Assembly (NCBI RefSeq): GCF_009914755.1
Contig: NC_060925.1
Origin: the human T2T-CHM13v2.0 reference genome, Homo sapiens
Direction: 5' to 3' (one strand)
DNA: 64,000 nucleotides
This document shows, in pieces, positions 55,975 through 64,000 of this stretch. Made by a program: the position numbers and the translations under genes. Numbering within the stretch: position 1 is the first letter of the stretch; the number at the start of each line of letters is the position of its first letter. Under the pieces are notes generated by a model. The model did not search any database and was not told the DNA's origin. It was given only the letters and a program-made list of their open reading frames with translations.

Positions 55975-58576
55975 CACCTCCATTTTACAGACGGGAAAAC
56001 TGAGGCCCAGAGAGGGAAGGTGACTGCCCAAAGTCAGATGACTCTGGTGACCTACCCAGAGAAGTGGTAGCTGAATCCAGGCCAGAATCAGATCTCCTTG
56101 CATGCAGTCCAGGAATCTTTCCTCCATGGAGGTCACACTTTTCCATCATCCAGGCTGAGCCCTGGGCCTTTGTGGTCTCGGTGATGCTGAACAAAGGCAG
56201 GCAGTTATGAGCTCTGTTCTTCAGGAACTCATGGGTCAGGGCTGGGAGGGAGGGGTGGCAGAAAAGCCAGCTCCCCAGGTCCTGTTCAGTCACCTCCTTG
56301 CTGTGTGACCTCAGACAGCAGCAACCTCTCTGAGCCGGGGTCTCATCAGCTCTGAAATAGGGACAGTTGTATATGGTGAGGACCCAGTGGCATGCAGCTT
56401 ACCACAGTGCCCAGTGAGTGAACACTCTGCAGAGGTCACCCAGGATTTTACTTATGGTTTTGAATTTTGTCAGCACAGTCATTCCTAGAGGCAGATTCAG
56501 GCTGGTAGAGGGGCTGGACAGAGCTTCAGAGCCAGGTGAGGGCTCATCTGGTTGGGGTCCAGGCAGGCTTTATGGGGGAGGACGAGGCTGAGCCCTGAAG
56601 GGTGAACAGGCAGGGTGTTCAGCATCAGAGAGGGGAGCAGGGGCTTCTCCGTGAGCCAGGAGGCAGGAAGAGACCTGCCCGAAGCTCAGCAGGACAGGGC
56701 CAGGCACAGCCGGGTAGCTGCTGGAAACACAGACAGGACCCGCTACTGGCCCAGCTCCCGATATGGCAGACCACGATCTCATCCACTGCTCACAGCAGCC
56801 CCGTGAGGCAAGCATCATGACCCAAGGTGTACATGGGGAAACTGAGGTTCAGAGAGGTTAAATAACTGCACCCAGTGAAATGTTGAGTCCAGTGCTCCAT
56901 AAATGGTTGGTCTATGCTATTACTCTGATGAAGGAATAACAAGGGCCTTTGCTGGAGCTCCTACTGTATGCCTCAAGGCAGAAGTAAGGCTTTCCCAGGC
57001 CCATGTGGGTAGTATGCCCAGCTTGCTCTTCAGGCCAGAGAATATTTGGGAAAGGGTCTTATCTCGAGAGTTGCAGAGGACAGATTCTTTACCCTCATGA
57101 AAGTTCTTCTCTGTCTGGACTTCTGTTTTCTTAGCCAGACTAGGATGGGGAAAGGGAGGTCAATCAAGAGGACAAGCCCAGACTGTGGCCTACTGTGTGC
57201 TGGTGGAATTCACAGTTAGAGCTCAGTAAGCCCTGCCAAGCAGCCCAGGGAGGGAGCACTGTCACCCCTGCTTTGCTGATAGGGAAACAAGCTCAGCAAC
57301 AAAAGGAAACAGCACAGCGCACACAGCAGTGCTGGGACTGCCTGGACCTGACTGTGGTCTGGGAGGTCTGACTGCCCAGGGGGCTGGCCTCTGGGATCTT
57401 CTGACTCCCTGTGAGGCCCATGTGTGGGGTGGGACTAACTGGGAAGGGGACTTGCTGGAGCAGGTGGGGGACCAAAGTGTGCCTTGTAAGACAGGCAAGA
57501 TCAGAGAGGAGCACGGGCTACGAAAAAGAGGAGGAGCAAGGGACACACAGTCAGGCGGTGTCACAAACAACACACCTGGGCACACACAGAGACCAGCCAG
57601 GCCCAGGGGCAGGGTGGAGATAAGATGCAGCCGAGTGCTAAGGACAGAAGGATGGCAAGCCTGGCAAAGCCCTACTGAGGGTGCAGCCTCTGCCCTGGGG
57701 CTGGGAGGGCTGGGGAAGGGGGTCATCCCTGGACCAGGAGCATCAGAGAGACCCCAGACTGAGCCCTCAGCACCGCATGGCTGGCCCAAGAGAGGCTTGA
57801 TTCTCTCAGGAGGCTCTGTGGCCACTAGCAAGAGCTGAGGACCCCTCCCGGCATCCAGCAGCATCCTGGGGCCCTGGACAAAGCTAATTTGCTTCCTCCT
57901 TTTCTCCTCTCTCCCTCTCCCTGGCCTTGTGTGTGCACAGCTTGTGCATGTGCTATGATCAGACACAGCCAATATTAAATTACTCTGAATTGCAGGTTAT
58001 TTTCGAGGCTTGATACTGTTTTCAGTGGTCTAGAGGCCATCGTCGTGGGCCAGGCCTTGAACCTCGTCCTGTTCCTTGCTTCGCATCCACTGGTCTCCGA
58101 GCACTCACTGAACTCCTGGTCAGTGCTTGGTGCCCTGTGGTGCCGACTCCTTCATCCTTCCCAACCCAGTGTGCTGGGGACCACCACTGCGATTGTTTTC
58201 ATAGTGAGGAATTTAGACTTGGAGGGCTGGGGTCCTCTCTGGAGAAGGTGCTGGAGCAAGGCTGGAGAGAAGACATGGTTGGTGGGGTTAGGAGGGAGTG
58301 TGGAGAGAGAGGACATGGCTCCAAAGGAGCAGAGCTCCTGGTCTCAGACAGTCCCATCAGACCATCCCCAGCCCACCAGCCCTCCACTGCAGGACCCACA
58401 CCTCCTCTGGCCCAGTCCCTGCCTGCAGGGTAAGGGTCTGGCCCAGGCACTTGTTAGAGTTAAGCTAGGGACAAACCTGGAGGAGGGAGGGACAGAGGAG
58501 GGAGATGCCAGGCTGTGGGAGGAGCCACAGAATGGTCAACATTAAATGCCCACAAGCCTGTGCTTAGAAAATCAAA

Positions 58577-58628
58577 CCTTCCCTCCTAGGTCCTGGGTGG
58601 CCCTTCCCTCCTAGGTCCTGGGTGGCCC
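58577..58628 (+). repeat. Perfect 25-bp tandem duplication
   Basis: ccttccctcctaggtcctgggtggc twice. Confidence 0.95.
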
Positions 58629-60855
58629 CTCCCACTGGGCCTGTCTGTCTGCCCCCGCCCCACTTTCAGGGGCTCCCGCTGGTTTTCTTCCATCCTTGGG
58701 CCAGATCTGAGCAGATGCCTGGAGCCTGGCCCACTGAGGAGCTGCTGCCCAGAGTGGAGCCGGGTCTCAGAGGCAGTGGGGAGGACAGGGACAGAGGCCA
58801 GAAGCCAGCGGGGAGGACTGTGTGTGTATCAGAGAAAGACACACACACAGAGATCAGAGAAACCAACAGTTCAAGAGGGACTCAAGGGGAGCAGAGAGTG
58901 AATCAACAATGAGGAAAAATAGAGACAGAGAATAGATTAGAATAAAAGAAACACAGAGAAAGGCAGAGATGATGTGAAGCCTAGGCAAAGCGAGAGCCTG
59001 AGCTAGAACACGAGACTCAAAAGAGAACTGCGCCACCTGGGAGGGAGGGAGAGGAAGGGCCTTGAGGGTCACAAGGAGAGACAGAGCCCATCCTTAGGAG
59101 CAGATGGGCAGTGGGGTGGGAGCCAGGCCTGCCAGTGGGGATCCGGCCAGAGAGAGAGGTGGAGCCCAGGCTGGAGCAGCAAGGTCAGCAGAGGAAGGCT
59201 CCTCAACAGCTGGGGGGCCGTGAACTGTGGGTGCACCCAGCCTGCGCAGGCACCTACACAAATGTGCTTTGTGAGTGTGTGCCGTGGGAGTGCCCAGCAG
59301 TGCGTAAGTAAGTGGTGTGTGCCTATGTTAGTCAGTGCACGCGGTGTGAGTGTTGTGTGTGTATCTCCACCTCCCCTATTTTGCCTGTAACCATTGCCAG
59401 GCCCTCTCTGCTTCTGAGTCTCTTCCATCCTCACCCCTCTGGGGATCAGGCAGATCAGAGCTGAACTGGCCCTGTCCCTAGAAGGGGCCTCAGAGGTTGG
59501 CCTGGCCTGTCCGCCCTTTCGCGTGTCTCCTGTCCTCTCCCCCTCCCATGTGGCCTTGGGCGCCTTCAGAGCCCCAGTTTCCTCATGTGGAGAACAGGAT
59601 GATGCTATCTCACGGGGAAGGTGGGAGGCTGGAGATGAAGGGTGTCAAGAGCCTGCTTGCTGCCCGACCCCAAGAGGGCAGTTTAGCCTTCCTGCCTGGA
59701 AGTTTCCACCTGGCATTTTCCTCACCCCCACCCACCAGCAGAGCTGAGGCCTGCAGTGGGCTTGGAGCTAGCCTGCCCCGGCCCTCGCTTGGCCCTACTA
59801 CCTGCTTTCTGGGGCCCTGGGTCCTGGTTTGCCCCTGTGACCTGGCTCCTCTTCTGTACCTCAGGTGACCACAGCCTTGCCCCATGTTCAGTGAGTCCCC
59901 GCACAGAGGTGCTCAGTAGACAGGGCTCCCACGGGTCCCCATGCTCAGGGACAGGTGGGGTGGGGGGCTCACCAGCCGTGGGGCTGTGCCCAGAGGGGCC
60001 CGAGGGAGCACCCAGAGGAACCAGGTCCACCGGGCACCTCTGTCACCTCATCCAGGAAACCAGGACTGCTGTCAGGTGTTTACTGCTTAGTAAACATTTT
60101 GATGTTTCATTCATGAAATCTGCCTTTTCTGAGGCCTCCTGCAGTACAGGCTGGAGTGAAGAATTTAATGAGAACTGGGCCTGTGGTCCCTGATCAGCTC
60201 CAAGCATGTAGCTCCCAGGAGGCCGTGTCTGCACTCAGAGCAGGAGTCCCCATATCCATCCCACAGGTCACAGAGTGGGAGGGACGTACTGCACAAGGAG
60301 GTGAAGTGGAGTCACCTCAATATATACAAACACACACAGTCGATGGATGGGGATAACAGTTCAGGCTTTTCAAAGCACATAGTAGGTGCACAAAAAAAAT
60401 TTGTTGAATGAGTGAATGACATTTTATTCACAGATATGCCTTGGTTTCCAGAATGACCCTGTGGTTTGGAGGGTGGCTGCTGTATCTCTATTTTCTGTAT
60501 GAGAAACAAAGGCTCAGAGAGGTTAGGCAGCCTGCCCAAGGACACACAGCATCAGCAGGTACTCCTGACTGGGGAGCACTGAGTTCACCTCTCCTTCGAC
60601 AGACAGGGGAGCTTCCCCCCACTCCCTACCTGGAGCCCATAGACCTTTGATAATGCCAGGGCTGCCTCTGAGTCTCAACTCACCCCTTGATTTCTTGCAC
60701 CCCACACTGTACACTAGGCTTCCTGTTTTACACCTATCATCTCATCTCATTTTTACAATGGCCCCATCTTATTAATTGTTCAGAGAGGTTTGGTGACTTG
60801 GCCAAGGTCCCACAAGAAGTGGAAAGGACAGGACTTGTGCTTTGATTTTTTTTCC

Positions 60856-60942
60856 CATTGCACCAGACAAGGTGACTCACCCCCCGCCCCCCTTGGGTTG
60901 GCAAGGTGTTCTTTCCAGAATAACTGCCAAGATCCCCCTCCC
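60856..60942 (+). repeat. 87-bp dispersed direct repeat, copy 1
   Basis: 83/87 identical to 62294-62380. Confidence 0.95.
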
Positions 60943-61334
60943 TGCCTGCCCCAAACCATGACCAACTCTCCTTTGGAACTGGCCATCCAATCAGAGGTTC
61001 CCAGGCTTCCCTGTTTATATCAGCAGTAAATATGAGGCTGGGGAGAGAGAAAAGCCAGCCCACCATGGAGAGAGGGAGCAAACACAAGAGGGATGGGGTA
61101 AGAGAGGCCAGCTGCAGAGAGAGAAGAGTGGAGAGAGGAGAGAGTCACACAGAGAGGGGGGAACAAAACCAAGGAGAACAAGACACCAAGAGGATAACAG
61201 AGGCAGCAAAATACATTAAAAAAAACACAAAACACATACACGTGTGTGCACACGAACACACATGGACGAGAAAGAGAACCTTTGGGAAAGGCTCTAAAAA
61301 TGAGTGTGATGGAGGCACCCACCCAGGGAGTGAG

Positions 61335-61336
<2 letters not shown>

Positions 61337-61370
<34 letters not shown>
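61337..61370 (+). repeat. (AC)17 microsatellite within a GA-rich low-complexity tract
   Basis: Directly visible. Confidence 0.97.
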
Positions 61371-61371
<1 letters not shown>

Positions 61372-62293
61372 ACGCAGAGCCCCGACGCAAACCCTGACAG
61401 AGATGGAGGGAGACAGATACAATTCAGACAGACGGTGGGGAAAAATGGAGTGTAGAGCAGAGAGGGAAAAAAGACACAGATAGCAAGACAGAAAAAAGAT
61501 AGGGAGAGATTAATATACACACAAATTGCGATGGGGAGAGGAAGCAGAGAAGCCATAGACGCTGGAGCATCAGGGCTGGGAGCTCGCACCTTCCCCTCCC
61601 CACCTCCCGCTCCGCTTCATCACCAACTGCCTCTGCTCACAGCAGCCTGAAATGTAAGCCCTGAGTGGAGAAGTTAATTCTCCCAAGTCCAGCCGCCAAG
61701 ACGCACTCTGCATTCCACCCGCGTGCCCTTAGTGACACAGAGGCGGAGGGGGATCCATCTGCACCTAGCACAGGTTACTTCTCTTGTCTTAGCTTTGAAC
61801 CAGATGCACTGATGGAAGGAGAGAGACCTGCCCAGCATTTGATCATCAAGCCTACGCCCAGAGCCACTTAGGCAGCTAATCGCTGAGCCATGAGCGGCCG
61901 GAGGTGGGCACAACCCAAAGCCTCTCAAGCACCCCCAGGGTGCCCACCAGGGACAAGATGCAGCCTCTGCACTAGGGACCCCCACATGGGGGGGCGACAG
62001 TCCTGGGTCCACATGACCCTTACTTGCTCCTGCCTCTGGTGAGTCTCCTGTCCTGACACCTCTAAGCCTCCACATCCATCTCTATGAAATGGGATCGTAT
62101 TCCTGCAGCCGGGTCAGCTGAGTTGGAGGAGAGTTGCTGACTCCTCTTCAGTGGTGAAAGGAAATGAAGAAAAGAAATTTGTCTCATCCTGGGGAAGGCC
62201 CCAAACCTCATCCCCAGGAGGTCTGCCTGCCTGGCATTTTACAAGGCAGTGGGCCTCTTGGAGGCAGGGAGCCGAGATCAAAAGTACATCAGA

Positions 62294-62380
62294 CATTGCA
62301 CCAGACAAGGTGACTTGCCCCCCACCCCCCTTGGATTGGCAAGGTGTTCTTTCCAGAATAACTGCCAAGATCCCCCTCCC
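62294..62380 (+). repeat. 87-bp dispersed direct repeat, copy 2
   Basis: 83/87 identical to 60856-60942. Confidence 0.95.
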
Positions 62381-63041
62381 CAGTTCTCTCTTTGCCACTA
62401 TTGTGGCTCTGGAGAAAAGATTAGAAAGGCAGTGCTAATTTAATTTGCCAGAATGAATAAAGATAAGACAGTGACTCAGGGTGATGAAGTGCTGGGAGCC
62501 CATAATTCACATGCCTGATAGCCCACGTTGGAGCTGATTCAGCCAGGACAGCCTCGGTTTACTGTCTCTGTCGCTGAGGAAGGCTGGCTTCCCCGCCTAG
62601 GCAGTGGGTGTGAGAGGCTTATAAATGGGCAAATGAGTTTAAGGGGAGGAAGGAGCGGAGATCTGTGGGTCCTTCTAGTGCCCATGGCTGCCACCAGGAT
62701 GTGGGGAGGGAGCACTCAGATCATTCATTCATGATCACGCAGCACTCATTCACTCATTCATGATCATTTTACCAAGCAGCCCCCTGGGCCTGGAGTGGGG
62801 CATAAGTGGAGGGTGTTTTGGGATCCATCATTAAATCCAAAGGCCATCTGGCCAGGCTGCATCAGGGATACCTGGGCACCGGGATTACCTGTGTCCACGA
62901 GGGCACGTGCATCACTGCACATGGGAATTTGTGTCATCAGTGAAACAGGAGTGCATTCTCAATGCCCATGGGCAGGGCTTGTTGGTGTGGGGACACCTAG
63001 ATATACACAGGGCTCGCTCATCAGCATATGCAGGGCTCTGA

Positions 63042-63378
<337 letters not shown>

Positions 63379-64000
63379 ACTGGGGGGAGCTTATTACTTC
63401 TCTAAGCCTCAATGTCTGTAGAGTAAGGATAGTCATAGCACCCACTTTACAGAGTTCTGGTGAGGACTAAGAGAGTGCCTGAAAGAACCCAGCTCGGCAT
63501 CCGGCCCACAGGAAGGGCTCCATGATCATGAGTTATGACCCATGTTATTTCATGATGATCATGTGAATTCTTCTTCCTGGGTGCGCGTGGAAGGTGGGCC
63601 CACTGGGCTGGTTCATGCACTTCATGGAGAGTTGCTCTTATGGCCACAGGGGAGACCTTCCTGTCACGTCCCAGGTGCTCTTTCTTCCTCCTTTGTGGCT
63701 GAGACAATGAGGGCTTGGTGCCTGGCTGGGAGGGAAGGAAAGAAGGTGGAGAGCCAGCCTCTCCTTCAGGGCCAGGAAATTTGGACTTTATGGAAAGCTG
63801 GCAGTCTGCTTTGATGGAACTGAAGGCAATTTGCAGCAACACAAAAGGGTGCATTAGAGAGGGAGGGCTGGGAGCCCCAGAAATGAGAGGCTGGAGGCTG
63901 GAAAAGAAGGGGATGAAAATGGCCCAGAGAACAGCAATTTAAATGCAACCAAAGCATGAATACTTCTGCCAGGGACCGGGGTTTCCATTCACATGGAATG

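Noticed and set aside
57262-57972. 236-aa ORF and overlapping 169-aa ORF
   Set aside because: Pro/Ser/Gly-rich, no recognisable domain or exon structure; expected by chance in GC-rich DNA

Overview
Primate, most likely human, non-coding genomic DNA from a GC-rich but CpG-depleted region. AluJ/S/Y, THE1 and MST elements identify the lineage. I cannot name the locus from sequence alone. No protein-coding gene, CpG-island promoter or RNA gene is supported, and the long ORFs in the track come from repeats. The window is a mosaic of old L1, L2 and MIR fragments, Alus, MaLR solo LTRs, DNA-transposon MITEs, and a 5'-truncated ERVL provirus (LTR41-like 3' LTR plus decayed pol, integrase and dUTPase). 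The most notable items are: (1) a 54/55-bp VNTR in which eight of nine units carry a one-mismatch estrogen-response-element palindrome; (2) an unrelated 27-bp G-rich VNTR that also arrays AGGTCA half-sites; (3) an 87-bp non-transposon hairpin module duplicated 1.44 kb apart, with reciprocal CpG decay; (4) a perfect 28-bp inverted templated insertion inside an ancient L1; (5) CTCF motifs and homeobox/TCF-rich islands that look like developmental enhancers. Repeat subfamily calls are from recalled consensus sequences and boundaries are approximate. I found no evidence of a new protein-based system; any novelty here is cis-regulatory or mutational.
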